Source of the DNA: Klebsiella phage KPP2018
Sequence record: NC_110934.1
Direction: 5' to 3' (one strand)
DNA length: 64,000 nucleotides
Notes under the pieces: model-generated
Told to the model about the DNA's origin: nothing
Database searches by the model: none
The model's input: only the letters and a program-made list of their open reading frames with translations
Shown here: positions 16,200-25,486 of the stretch, piece after piece
How positions within the stretch are numbered: position 1 is the first letter of the stretch
How the letters are laid out: every line of letters starts with the position of its first letter
Made by a program: the position numbers and the translations under genes

Positions 16200-16613
16200 T
16201 TAAACTAGTTCGACATGACCGCCATCATAGGTACCACGTTTTATTTCATCGTGATAATCTCCCGAAGCATTCCAATCAGCACCAAAGCGAAGTTTAATGC
16301 CTAGTTCTTTACCGGCTTGTTCAAAAGCCTTTTTAACTGCCCAAAATGCTTCTAAATCATTCCAATCAATTTTGCCATTAATGTATGGAGCAAAATCAAG
16401 GGCATCCCCAGTAATATGCTTGCTTTTACTAGGATCTTTTAAAAATGAAGTACCATTAGCAATATTCTGGGCACTTTGTGCTACTGTACGAATACCCTGT
16501 ACGATCGTGAAATCATATGGAGATAATTCTAAAGCTCTACGAGCTACTTTTTGTAGCTCTGGCTTAACGGTAGCTAATTGTTTTTCGCTATTTTTACCAA
16601 ATTTAAAACTCAT
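16200..16613 (-). CDS. lys: endolysin, L-alanyl-D-glutamate peptidase (T5 Lys-type, 137 aa)
   Basis: Sequence matches my recollection of T5 endolysin (MSFKFGKNSEKQLATVKPELQKVARRALEL..HITGDALDFAPY..GGHVELV); Zn-peptidase H..D..H motifs. Confidence 0.85.
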   Translation of the reverse strand: MSFKFGKNSEKQLATVKPELQKVARRALELSPYDFTIVQGIRTVAQSAQNIANGTSFLKDPSKSKHITGDALDFAPYINGKIDWNDLEAFWAVKKAFEQAGKELGIKLRFGADWNASGDYHDEIKRGTYDGGHVELV

Positions 16614-17266
16614 ATTGATCTACCTAAAGATCTCTGTTGTGGGGAACAGAGCTTTGTTAAATACTCGTTAAATTTCTCAGAATCGGCTGCATCTACAGGA
16701 TTATCTTTCCAAGCAATACCAATATATCCAGCATAGATATTGTTTAGATTGAAATACGGACAAGTGTATATGTAATTAAAAGTAACGTTCTTAAACGCAG
16801 GTATATTTAACCCCATGTATTTATTTACTTTTACACTTAAATCCGATGCGTAGTTAAAGCCTTCCAAGTGACGTCTATATAGCTCAGACGTTTTATTTAC
16901 CGCTTTATCGGCCAAGTCAGCCCTATCTAATTGCGCATTGCTTTCCCATGCAATAATGTTAGAATAATCATTAATGGCATCGGGTTTATACTTGACGACA
17001 AAAACAGCATCCGCACCCGTTTGGGAGAAAAGCACCATGCTCTTCTCTCTAGCTACATTAGGAAAGTTATCTATCCTTTGAGTTTGAACATCCTGTAGAA
17101 CCGCAGACGTGGAGAAAGTCTTTAAGAATGACATCACCTCGCTAGTATTACTAACAAATAAGAAAATAATGACAGCAACTAAGATAGTTAGCAGACGTTT
17201 AAGAAGCGATGCTGGATCTTTCGCTTCTTGGAGCAGTACCGTTAATAATTGTAAGAACTTTTCCAA
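16610..17266 (-). CDS. holin (T5 Hol-type, 218 aa)
   Basis: 4-nt overlap with lys; N-terminal TM helix; same size and position as T5 holin. Confidence 0.7.
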   Translation of the reverse strand: MEKFLQLLTVLLQEAKDPASLLKRLLTILVAVIIFLFVSNTSEVMSFLKTFSTSAVLQDVQTQRIDNFPNVAREKSMVLFSQTGADAVFVVKYKPDAINDYSNIIAWESNAQLDRADLADKAVNKTSELYRRHLEGFNYASDLSVKVNKYMGLNIPAFKNVTFNYIYTCPYFNLNNIYAGYIGIAWKDNPVDAADSEKFNEYLTKLCSPQQRSLGRSI

Positions 17267-17422
17267 TTGTAACCTCCTCTAACCAGTACCATTATACTAA
17301 TTTTGGAGGAAAATTACAATGTGTTTTTAAAGATCACTTCTGGAGCATAAAATTTTGTCGTTGTCAAGAAGAATTTTAGATAAAAGAAAAGCCAGGGTCG
17401 TTAAACCCTGGCTTAAAACTAC

Positions 17423-18022
17423 TTACTCTTCGTTGTGCTCCTCGAATTGAGGTAACTGGGCTTTATTATATTGCTCAGATCGATATTTTGCCAAGATTTC
17501 AATACGCTTATGGATTTCTTTGCTATCTAGATAGATATTTTTGTTGTCTTTTACCATCTCGTCGATTTCATCTATTGAGAAGAATGGATAGTAGACATCT
17601 AGCATCATATCTTCTACGAACTTGTTGTAAGATTCATAGGCTTTCTTGATTTCTTGACCTTTCTCACAGAATCCGCCAGAGAACGTGTGTCCCATTAACG
17701 TAGCATGTGGATGTACTACCCATCCATGACAGGATAGGAAAATTGTGCAGTAAGCAGAAGCACTAGGACCAATCAGATGTCCTATAACTGTTCCACGGCA
17801 ATTAGCAATTAAGTTAGATAACTGTGCAGCAGTATCAACATAACCACCCGGGCCATTAATCATCAGATTAATTTCGTCGTCCTCATTTGCCTGCATAAGT
17901 ACCATTGATAAATCACGGTATTCATCCGGCGGGCCTAATTCTTCATCAAAGAAAAAGGTATACTCATTAGATTGGCGAATGGAGTGAAACAGGTTAGTCT
18001 TTTCTTCTTTTTTATTAGTCAT
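17423..18022 (-). CDS. ClpP-like serine peptidase (S14 family) homolog
   Basis: INGPGGYV / IGPSASAYCTIFL / LMGHTF segments parallel ClpP INSPGG / MGQAASMG / MIHQP. Confidence 0.55.
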   Translation of the reverse strand: MTNKKEEKTNLFHSIRQSNEYTFFFDEELGPPDEYRDLSMVLMQANEDDEINLMINGPGGYVDTAAQLSNLIANCRGTVIGHLIGPSASAYCTIFLSCHGWVVHPHATLMGHTFSGGFCEKGQEIKKAYESYNKFVEDMMLDVYYPFFSIDEIDEMVKDNKNIYLDSKEIHKRIEILAKYRSEQYNKAQLPQFEEHNEE

Positions 18023-18034
18023 AGCGATCCTTGA

Positions 18035-18787
18035 TTATCCAACTAGTGGTTCTAGCTCTAAGTCACAGAAGTTATAAACTTCTAGTTTAAGGTTATTGAT
18101 ACCATCGAATTTATTAACTAATTCGTGAGTAATATATTTTGCAGGAATACCACTTTCAGATGGATGATCTGATTTAATAGTGAACTTCTGCTCAGCGGGT
18201 ACTACATTTACTATCAAAGAATCCATATCTAAATGGTTTGTTTCTCTGAGTAGCTCTCCTTCATTGGGGAATCTAACATCTGTTATTACGGCGACGTCTG
18301 GGTCGTCTTTAGCGATGGATTGCTCCAGAATTATGAGCCAAATGCGTTCATGCACCAGCTGCCTTCCTAGCTCTGTTCCTACGAGCTGTAACATTTTTCT
18401 CGGAGAAATAAATAAACTATAAAGACCATCTTCTTTACTCCCTGAGATAAGTTGTTGAGGATTAAGATATTTTTCCTCAAAAATAGGCCAAACGTACGAG
18501 AAGTCTTCAAACTTATCGATACCATACTTAAACCACACATCCCTGGCTCGCTCCAATTGAGATTGTGTGACCGTAAACCATTGGTCAATCTCTTTTCCCC
18601 TGCGCTCTCCTAGAAACTCTGGAGTTACACCGAGGATTACGGATGCAAGTTCATAAACGGGCTTAGCAAAACTGTAACGACAGGGTAAACACATTGGATA
18701 CGTGTCATTACACCAATCAATAATTAATTTTGCAACGGTATCTTTTCCCGAACCAGCTTCACCATGTAAACCGACTAATACTGACAT
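18035..18787 (-). CDS. deoxynucleoside monophosphate kinase
   Basis: P-loop GEAGSGKDT at N-terminus; T5 dNMP kinase-like. Confidence 0.7.
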   Translation of the reverse strand: MSVLVGLHGEAGSGKDTVAKLIIDWCNDTYPMCLPCRYSFAKPVYELASVILGVTPEFLGERRGKEIDQWFTVTQSQLERARDVWFKYGIDKFEDFSYVWPIFEEKYLNPQQLISGSKEDGLYSLFISPRKMLQLVGTELGRQLVHERIWLIILEQSIAKDDPDVAVITDVRFPNEGELLRETNHLDMDSLIVNVVPAEQKFTIKSDHPSESGIPAKYITHELVNKFDGINNLKLEVYNFCDLELEPLVG

Positions 18788-19140
18788 TAATCTTTCCTAT
18801 TTGTAATGGGTGGATAGTAAACTAAGCAACGTTTTTCTTGTAAATCTTGACGATAGAAGCAAACCATACCAGTCAGTCGTGAAATGTAAGAGTAAACTGC
18901 TTCCTCACATTTTGCTTTTGCATTCCAATCTTTGTATGGTATAACAACTACTACGCCATCTTCTCCATTTGTAGCTAATTTCTTTTCAAACCTAAAGTTA
19001 AAGCTACAAGGTTGAAGTCCTTTAGGCCAGTCTACATGAGCTTGCTTTAACTCATGAGATGGCTCTGGTTTTATTTCTTCTGCACAGCCTGTGATCGTGA
19101 TTGTGGCTGCGAGCAGTACTCCAAGTTTCCAGTTAAACAC
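18787..19140 (-). CDS. lipoprotein (lipobox ITGC), candidate o-spanin
   Basis: Signal peptide + Cys lipobox; overlaps upstream coiled-coil TM protein gene by 70 nt. Confidence 0.5.
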   Translation of the reverse strand: MFNWKLGVLLAATITITGCAEEIKPEPSHELKQAHVDWPKGLQPCSFNFRFEKKLATNGEDGVVVVIPYKDWNAKAKCEEAVYSYISRLTGMVCFYRQDLQEKRCLVYYPPITNRKD

Positions 19141-19520
19141 GCTAATCTTTCCTCGAACTCTTTATTCTGCTTTTTAGCAATTAATGTTACCAATCCAGGC
19201 TTTGCAGCGATAACATCTTGACGACTAAGAGCTTTATCTAGCTGCTTAATCTTTTTGTCTAGATCTGCTTGCGAAATATTATTCATTGTGAAATACTGAT
19301 TCATTCTAGTCTCACGAAGTTCGCTTTCAGCTTTCACCTTATTAAGGGAAGTCTCTAGAGAGGAAATCTTTTTAGTAGCTACCGCAAGATCTCCCGCTAA
19401 AGTCTCCACTTTATCTACTAAGTGATAAGCACCGAACCCGATGCCTATCGCTAGACCTGCTCCCAGGATATACCACTTACCGTGCCATATTCCTGAAAGA
19501 AGTTTTTGTATCAAATCCAT
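19071..19520 (-). CDS. N-terminal TM + coiled-coil periplasmic protein, candidate i-spanin
   Basis: TM helix YILGAGLAIGIGFGAY then long coiled coil; overlapping lipoprotein gene downstream. Confidence 0.5.
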   Translation of the reverse strand: MDLIQKLLSGIWHGKWYILGAGLAIGIGFGAYHLVDKVETLAGDLAVATKKISSLETSLNKVKAESELRETRMNQYFTMNNISQADLDKKIKQLDKALSRQDVIAAKPGLVTLIAKKQNKEFEERLACLTGNLEYCSQPQSRSQAVQKK

Positions 19521-20175
19521 GCGCTGCTAACCTGTCTTTATCTGATACTTTAATCATATCAGGCTCACCAGTTCCTAGTACACCAAAGATATACTGTTCG
19601 AGAACTTGGTGTAAACGGTATAAGTTACTTTCAATTTCCTGCCACGGAATACCTGACTGATGGAAACGAATGTTAGTCTGAATCACGAAGTTACGAACAT
19701 CATCGTTATCGTTCTTTTTAATACCTTTCACATATGCAATCGGTACACGCAGTTCGGATAAGATACGTTCTGCTTTAGGTTTTGCTTCAGCGAGCAAATC
19801 ACGCATTGTTTCACGAACATCTCCACGACTCTTATCCATTAAGTAAGAGCGAGCATGCAATCCCATCTCTTCCATTTTATCGAACATAGTGTCGAGATTA
19901 AACGTTTTGAAGCTAAATGCTGGATGCCAGCAGTACAGCTCGTGTAACCAGTAAACTTCACCTGCAACAAATAGTGGGTTTACAAAATATTCGAAATCAC
20001 CACGAAAAGATAGCGAGCCATCACGAAATACCTGGCGAGTATGCACAATGTTCTTTTCTGCATCATCGGTTACTTTAACCAGCAACTCTTCAGTTTTACG
20101 CTCCCAAACACGATCTGGGTCGAACAAACTGTTTTGCAAATCATACACATCGGCGAACTTAGAAATAATCCTCAT
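19477..20175 (-). CDS. hypothetical protein (232 aa)
   Basis: ORF track; promoter element 20190-20250 upstream. Confidence 0.6.
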   Translation of the reverse strand: MRIISKFADVYDLQNSLFDPDRVWERKTEELLVKVTDDAEKNIVHTRQVFRDGSLSFRGDFEYFVNPLFVAGEVYWLHELYCWHPAFSFKTFNLDTMFDKMEEMGLHARSYLMDKSRGDVRETMRDLLAEAKPKAERILSELRVPIAYVKGIKKNDNDDVRNFVIQTNIRFHQSGIPWQEIESNLYRLHQVLEQYIFGVLGTGEPDMIKVSDKDRLAAHGFDTKTSFRNMAR

Positions 20176-20329
20176 ATTTAATCCTCTTGCCTCAATCTAT
20201 AAACATATTATACAAAAGTTTGGGCATCTAAGCAACTAAAATTTTATTATAAAAATAGCCCAGTCGCAAAAGTGCAGGCTGGGCTTTGTCATTATTTGCT
20301 TTTGCTAGTAAGTTGATTTAGTATCAATC

Positions 20330-20710
20330 TTATGTAATATTAGTTTCTCTAGCTTTGCGTAGTACCCCTGCATTTCTCCACAATTTGATGTCAGCAACTG
20401 TTTCTTTATATGGAGCAATGGTAGAACCAATTGGGCCAGCAACTAATAGTCCAAAGAACCCTACAATACGCATGTAGAACAAGCATTCTTTGGCTGTCAT
20501 ATTATTTACTGCTTTTTTCTGCTTTTCATCTTTAAACTTCTGTTCTTGATCATCAATATGTAGATACTTAACAAACCATTCAGCAGAATATTCATCCAAA
20601 TGTCTAATAATAGCTATCGCATATCCAGCACCGATTAAAAACCAGGTTGTAACAAGAATTAGTAATATAGTCATATTATCTCCAGTTAGGGCTAGCAGCC
20701 ATCTCACCAC
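20330..20710 (-). CDS. membrane protein (126 aa)
   Basis: ORF track; three hydrophobic helices. Confidence 0.5.
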   Translation of the reverse strand: MVRWLLALTGDNMTILLILVTTWFLIGAGYAIAIIRHLDEYSAEWFVKYLHIDDQEQKFKDEKQKKAVNNMTAKECLFYMRIVGFFGLLVAGPIGSTIAPYKETVADIKLWRNAGVLRKARETNIT

Positions 20711-20784
20711 TTACCGCACTAAGGGGCACGACTCCCTTATCCGTAACAGTTGCAGGTGACGCAACTCGGTCCTACGCGAGTTCT

Positions 20785-21069
20785 TTAGGTATTCTGCATT
20801 TCAGCTTTAAATTTTTTCATATTACGAGTTTTTCTATAAAAGAAAAACACAGATGTTGGGCCTAGAAGAATATCCACAATAAATATCATAGATCTAGCAC
20901 ATCTGAGTAATGTTTTATCATCAAGAGGAGGCAGATCTAACGGTCGAGTTTTATGTATAACGTATAATATTACATCTTTATTCTTAGAAATATACAGATC
21001 ATCAACCAAGCTGTAAATAGCTACTATAGATCCAATGATGAACCAAAGAGCAAATGGAGAGATAATCAT
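20785..21069 (-). CDS. membrane protein (94 aa)
   Basis: ORF track. Confidence 0.45.
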   Translation of the reverse strand: MIISPFALWFIIGSIVAIYSLVDDLYISKNKDVILYVIHKTRPLDLPPLDDKTLLRCARSMIFIVDILLGPTSVFFFYRKTRNMKKFKAEMQNT

Positions 21070-21404
21070 TTCAGATCCTTTTCATTAATTAGAATATTAG
21101 TAAACAGTGGAGTAACTCCTAGACTCATAGTAGGTCCAAACATATTCATGGCTACCCACAATTGCATAGTGATCATCCCATCTTTAATCTCTGGATCTTT
21201 ATATTCTTCGATACGTTTTTTAGCAAAGGCAATTACATCTGGAGTACTACCGTTCTTTACAACATGATCATGCCAAAACTGGGTATTCTCACTACGTAGG
21301 AATGTTAAAACATCCTTAGTTGCTGGAATCTGCACTGTGCTATTGATGTTTAGTCTTTTCACGTTCTTTTCCATGTTACTCTTCTCCTTCAAAGTCGCAA
21401 TCAT
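21066..21404 (-). CDS. hypothetical protein (112 aa)
   Basis: ORF track. Confidence 0.5.
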   Translation of the reverse strand: MIATLKEKSNMEKNVKRLNINSTVQIPATKDVLTFLRSENTQFWHDHVVKNGSTPDVIAFAKKRIEEYKDPEIKDGMITMQLWVAMNMFGPTMSLGVTPLFTNILINEKDLK

Positions 21405-21669
21405 AACGACAAGTAAAAGAACTGGAGCTATTAGTACGTTGGGTGGTTATTTCACCGCGTTTGCTAATAGTAACGGCTGGAGTAGAGAAGTTTTTATTAG
21501 TATAGATTTCTACTTTACCATTACGTTCTTTAACATCACGAACTTTACCATACTCGGTAATAATGCCGTTCTGTTGGACTTTAACACTGCCATTTTTCAT
21601 AGAAACTTTGGTAGATGCCAGAGAACCGAAACTAACTGCGGAGATCATCAGTGCAATAATAAACTTATT
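21376..21669 (-). CDS. secreted protein with signal peptide (likely start Met38 MNKFIIALMISAVSFGSLAS)
   Basis: ORF track 21376-21783; typical Sec signal after internal Met. Confidence 0.45.
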   Translation of the reverse strand, partial: NKFIIALMISAVSFGSLASTKVSMKNGSVKVQQNGIITEYGKVRDVKERNGKVEIYTNKNFSTPAVTISKRGEITTQRTNSSSSFTCRYDCDFEGEE

Positions 21670-21946
21670 CATCTTCATCCTCCCCACTACAATCACGACA
21701 TACATCATAATCGTTGAAAGAACGTTCGTGAGCTTCACACCACCAAGAACAAGAATCGCAGAGAAACATTTCAGTTTTCTCAATTGCTTGGCCTAAAAGA
21801 TCATCAGCTTCCTCAGCAGTAATCTTCAATCCGCACACATCTGCCACACGTTCTTTAATTAAACGACCTGCTTCGTGGTAAGACATACAGGTTCCCGCAA
21901 CATCATGTTCAAGAACATGAACAGCACAGTCTAGACGAGTTTTCAT
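21665..21946 (-). CDS. Cys-rich small protein (93 aa; CDSCSWWCEAH..CRDC)
   Basis: ORF track; two CxxC pairs, acidic tail. Confidence 0.5.
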   Translation of the reverse strand: MKTRLDCAVHVLEHDVAGTCMSYHEAGRLIKERVADVCGLKITAEEADDLLGQAIEKTEMFLCDSCSWWCEAHERSFNDYDVCRDCSGEDEDE

Positions 21947-22022
21947 TTCAAACCTCTCTCATCAATTTATAAACATATTATAGCAAGAAAAGAGAGGTTT
22001 AGCAAATGAATTATTTCAGAAT

Positions 22023-22370
22023 TTAGTCATAGCACCACCATAATCCACGCTTACGCATGTCATGGTCGCGATTATAATCATAATTTTCTGGATCTTTCAT
22101 CACGCGGTGGAGTTCTTGACGGTTCCCTTGGCGAACCATTTTATTAGAATGCCACTTAACATTCTTACTAATAGAATTCCAGTTATAACCATCCTTTTTC
22201 TCATTACGAATGGTTGCTTCCTTCATTTCTTTTTTGATGTCGTCCCAGGATTTGGCATAAATAACACGAATCCAGTAGCCATTTTCTTTGAGGAAAGAAT
22301 ATTCTTGAGAGAATTGTTCTTTAGACTTCCACCACTGATCACCAGATTGTTTACGATAAGTACGGCTCAT
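22023..22370 (-). CDS. hypothetical basic protein (115 aa)
   Basis: ORF track. Confidence 0.55.
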   Translation of the reverse strand: MSRTYRKQSGDQWWKSKEQFSQEYSFLKENGYWIRVIYAKSWDDIKKEMKEATIRNEKKDGYNWNSISKNVKWHSNKMVRQGNRQELHRVMKDPENYDYNRDHDMRKRGLWWCYD

Positions 22371-22491
22371 ATTACCTCCATTAAGTCTTTTAAATTAACC
22401 TAATGTGGATGAATTTTATTATACATATATTATGTACCTTTATACAGAAAAACCCCAGACTACTTATTCAATAGCTGGGGTTTGTTATTAA

Positions 22492-22797
22492 TTACAGATC
22501 GGGGCGTTCATCTTCGAACGCCACGAAGCCATCAAATTCATCATTTGAAATACCACCAGTATAGGTGATGTCCGCAATCATCGCTTCCATTTTCCGGATC
22601 TCCGAGGTTTTCATGCCTGCTTTACTATTCTTATAGTATTTGCGAGGGTTCCCACACATCCAACAAGAACAGATGCAAGGAGTAGTAGTGACAATACCTA
22701 ACCGCTTAGGGCTTTCTTCATGTGGAAAGATTGTCCAATACTTCTTGCGGTTGTTCTTCACACGTTGCCGGTGATGACGTCTTAATGCTCGATCCAC
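22492..22797 (-). CDS. Cys-rich zinc-ribbon-like basic protein (101 aa; CICSCWMCGN)
   Basis: ORF track. Confidence 0.5.
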   Translation of the reverse strand: MDRALRRHHRQRVKNNRKKYWTIFPHEESPKRLGIVTTTPCICSCWMCGNPRKYYKNSKAGMKTSEIRKMEAMIADITYTGGISNDEFDGFVAFEDERPDL

Positions 22798-22878
22798 ACA
22801 TTTCTCCTAAAACTTGGGAGATAAATGGAGTTTGCTCGACTACCTTGCGTAGTTCGGAGAAACCGTATCCAAACCCCA

Positions 22879-23247
22879 TTACATCGCCTGAGTAAATGTA
22901 CGACTAATAACGTCGTTCTGTTGTTCACGAGTCAGTGCATTAAATCGAACAGCGTAGCCAGAGACACGGATGGTCAACTGATGATATTTTTCAGGATGTT
23001 TCTGCGCATCCAAAAGCTGATCACGGCTTAACACATTGACATTTAGGTGCTGACCACCTTCGATTTGAGGGGCGACTTCCACTTTGACTTCACGGAAGGC
23101 TTCGGGATCGAATTGTGGTGTGATACCTTCTAGATCTTCAACTAGAACTTTCTGTTTAAGTTCACCATTGTCGGAGTATAGCTGAATAATCTGATTTTCA
23201 TGAACAAGGTTAATTACGCCAGATTTAAGATTTTGATATGCTTTCAT
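22879..23247 (-). CDS. grcA: autonomous glycyl radical cofactor GrcA (YfiD) homolog
   Basis: C-terminal half aligns to E. coli GrcA incl. glycyl-radical motif [12 protein letters not shown] and [12 protein letters not shown]. Confidence 0.8.
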   Translation of the reverse strand: MKAYQNLKSGVINLVHENQIIQLYSDNGELKQKVLVEDLEGITPQFDPEAFREVKVEVAPQIEGGQHLNVNVLSRDQLLDAQKHPEKYHQLTIRVSGYAVRFNALTREQQNDVISRTFTQAM

Positions 23248-23289
23248 TAGATCTCCCCGATGTTAGAATTTGGCTCAGCTCTTTATTCT

Positions 23290-23484
23290 TTATACTTTTC
23301 CATAGTATACGGAAACTGTCTTACCAGTTTGGTTCATGACGTATGCTACTTCATCTTCTTTTAAAAAGATGGCTTGATCTACTCCAACTATAGCCAATCT
23401 CTTATTTCTAGGATTAAAGCTTACGCTTTTGCCCGTATGGATATGTTCACCATTCTTGGCTGACATTATTTTAATTGTTAACAT
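23290..23484 (-). CDS. hypothetical protein (64 aa)
   Basis: ORF track. Confidence 0.4.
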   Translation of the reverse strand: MLTIKIMSAKNGEHIHTGKSVSFNPRNKRLAIVGVDQAIFLKEDEVAYVMNQTGKTVSVYYGKV

Positions 23485-23521
23485 AGCTGCTCCTAAATTT
23501 AGCTATCTCTAGCTATTTTAA

Positions 23522-23597
23522 TGGTAGTTAGTAGTGGATTTGAACCACTGTAGTCGCTCCGTATGAGGGAGGTGCATAACCACTCTGCCAACTAACT
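23522..23597 (-). tRNA. tRNA-Met/Ile2 (CAU)
   Basis: Acceptor AGUUAGU/ACUAACU, anticodon loop CUCAUAC, T-arm GGUUCAAAUCC, A-CCA. Confidence 0.75.
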
Positions 23598-23693
23598 GTT
23601 ATGTTTTACTAGACTAAGTAAGTATTCTTTATACTCTTTAGACCAATTAGCTTTTTTAAACTTTCCTGGACGCATAGTCTTAATTCCTAAATT

Positions 23694-23770
23694 TGGTACT
23701 CCGGGAGGGATTTAAACCCCCGATCTCTCGGTTATCAGCCGAGTGCTTTAGATCGCTAAGCTACCGAAGC
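23694..23770 (-). tRNA. tRNA-Ile (GAU)
   Basis: Anticodon stem CUCGG/CCGAG loop CUGAUAA; T-arm GGGGGUUUAAAUCCCUCC; A-CCA. Confidence 0.8.
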
Positions 23771-23771
23771 A

Positions 23772-23978
23772 TTAATATTTAATTGCAGAACGTTTACCAT
23801 TTCTAGGCGCATCTGGAAGTCGTGCACGTTCTGCCATTCTTCGCTTAATCTTTGAGATATTTTCTAGTGTTTGTTCTTCAGGCTTAATACCTGAAACACT
23901 ACACCACTGATTACCATCCCATGCGGTAATGATCATAACACCATTACCCATAATCTTTTCTGTGAAAGTAATTCTCAT
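23772..23978 (-). CDS. hypothetical protein (68 aa)
   Basis: ORF track. Confidence 0.45.
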   Translation of the reverse strand: MRITFTEKIMGNGVMIITAWDGNQWCSVSGIKPEEQTLENISKIKRRMAERARLPDAPRNGKRSAIKY

Positions 23979-24271
23979 TATAGCAACTCATCTAAGCAAG
24001 AGGTATATTTAAGTTTACCATCTTTATCTACTTTGATTTCGACTTCCGCTCGTGGTACTTGACGAACTACACCATGAATCATCTTATAGCGAATGCCTTT
24101 AGCTGGTTCACGATCTTTTGGAAATACTTGCTTAACCGTTACTACCTTGAAACCCTCACGCGGTGTTAACACTACTACTTGATCACCTTCTTTGATCTTC
24201 CAAGAGCTAGGAAATTCATAGGTATAGCGTTGACCACCAGTTTGGAACACAACAGAAAGATAACGTTTCAT
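23978..24271 (-). CDS. hypothetical protein (97 aa)
   Basis: ORF track; promoter element 24280-24340. Confidence 0.5.
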   Translation of the reverse strand: MKRYLSVVFQTGGQRYTYEFPSSWKIKEGDQVVVLTPREGFKVVTVKQVFPKDREPAKGIRYKMIHGVVRQVPRAEVEIKVDKDGKLKYTSCLDELL

Positions 24272-24338
24272 TTGGTTTCCCTCTCATTAATTTATATAAA
24301 TATTATAACAATAAATAAGAGAGAAAGCAAATGAATTT

Positions 24339-24533
24339 TTAATAAAGTTTAGTCACTTCATAAACTATACTACGAGATTCTTTATTACGTTGTATTAAAT
24401 TAGCATATGCTTCTTCAGCTTCATTTTTAGTATTAAAGTCTATAACGTGAGAGGTATTAGCTCTGTTTGATTGGCTATACCAGATAACTACTAGGAGTTT
24501 AAACATACTAATCCTTAAATTGGTGCTGGGCAC
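24339..24533 (-). CDS. hypothetical protein (64 aa)
   Basis: ORF track. Confidence 0.4.
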   Translation of the reverse strand: MPSTNLRISMFKLLVVIWYSQSNRANTSHVIDFNTKNEAEEAYANLIQRNKESRSIVYEVTKLY

Positions 24534-24607
24534 AGGATTCGAACCTGCAACGGGATTACTCCTCCTGATTACAAATCAGGTGCATTCAACCATTCTGCCA
24601 ACCCAGC
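24521..24607 (-). tRNA. tRNA-Thr (UGU) with unusually long (14-nt) variable region
   Basis: Acceptor GCUGGGU/GCCCAGC, anticodon stem CCUGA/UCAGG loop UUUGUAA, T-arm GCAGG-UUCGAAU-CCUGU, A-CCA; 87 nt. Confidence 0.7.
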
Positions 24608-24772
24608 AGAACCCGTTATTTCAACGGGATTTCTTTTTCAATAACAGGGGACTTGTCAGTCATGACTGTCATTGCCATTTGTTGTAGAAATTCAAAGGTG
24701 AAGGCTACACGTTCTTCACCAATCTCTACTTCTACACGTTTCTTTTGTTTATCGATCTTGACTTTCAGATTA

Positions 24773-24994
24773 TCAGCCATCTTCGGGTTCTCGTTGCTGC
24801 GCTACTTCTAGCCAGTCTGGTAGAAGAAACTTTGTACGAAATTCTTCGTAAGTTTCTTTGGGATAAAAGCTAAAACCTCCTTTCTCGTCATTCAGGATAA
24901 CAGAGCCGTCAGTTTGTTCGTATGCTCGGTATGTTTCTCCAATAACAATAACTCGTTTATCGGTACTTTTATTACGAAATTCAAAAACGTGCAT
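24773..24994 (-). CDS. hypothetical protein (73 aa)
   Basis: ORF track. Confidence 0.45.
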   Translation of the reverse strand: MHVFEFRNKSTDKRVIVIGETYRAYEQTDGSVILNDEKGGFSFYPKETYEEFRTKFLLPDWLEVAQQREPEDG

Positions 24995-25010
24995 AACGTT
25001 TCCTTAAAGT

Positions 25011-25086
25011 TGGAGCGGCTAGAGGGAATCGAACCCTACTCAGCGAGGCTTGGAAGGCCTGCGACACAACCCGTGTGCTTAACCGC
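25011..25086 (-). tRNA. tRNA-Gly (UCC)
   Basis: Acceptor GCGGUUA/UAGCCGC, anticodon loop CUUCCAA, T-arm GGGUUCGAUUCCC, U-CCA. Confidence 0.8.
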
Positions 25087-25094
25087 TTATTGTT

Positions 25095-25170
25095 TGGCTG
25101 GAGAAGGAGGAATCGAACCTACCATTAACGGAGTCAAAGGCCGTTGTGCTAACCGTTACACTACTCTCCA
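25095..25170 (-). tRNA. tRNA-Gln (UUG)
   Basis: Acceptor UGGAGAG/UUCUCCA, anticodon loop CUUUGAC, T-arm UUCGAUU, G-CCA. Confidence 0.75.
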
Positions 25171-25176
25171 ATTATT

Positions 25177-25252
25177 TGGCTGGAGTGCCTGGGATCGAAC
25201 CAGGAACCTTCGGAGTCAGAGGCCGACGATCTGCCAATTGATCTACACTCCA
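25177..25252 (-). tRNA. tRNA-Gln (CUG)
   Basis: Acceptor UGGAGUG/CACUCCA, anticodon loop CUCUGAC, T-arm CCUGG-UUCGAUC-CCAGG, G-CCA. Confidence 0.75.
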
Positions 25253-25260
25253 ATAACCCT

Positions 25261-25461
25261 TTACTCTACAGGAACCGTGGCGATTGGTTCTGGATCTTCT
25301 AAACGTTTGCCTTCATGATCTACTCGAATAACTCCGCATCCTTCGCAAATCACAACAGCACCGTAGCCTTCTTTAACTTCAGCTTCTGTAATCAAACCAG
25401 AAAGATCACCAGTATCTCTGCCCCACATATCAATGGAGCATTGTTTGCAGAAATCAGCCAT
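25261..25461 (-). CDS. zinc-ribbon protein (66 aa; CKQC..CEGC)
   Basis: ORF track; two CxxC pairs. Confidence 0.45.
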   Translation of the reverse strand: MADFCKQCSIDMWGRDTGDLSGLITEAEVKEGYGAVVICEGCGVIRVDHEGKRLEDPEPIATVPVE

Positions 25462-25486
25462 ATTTTATTTCCTATTTAAGTTAATT

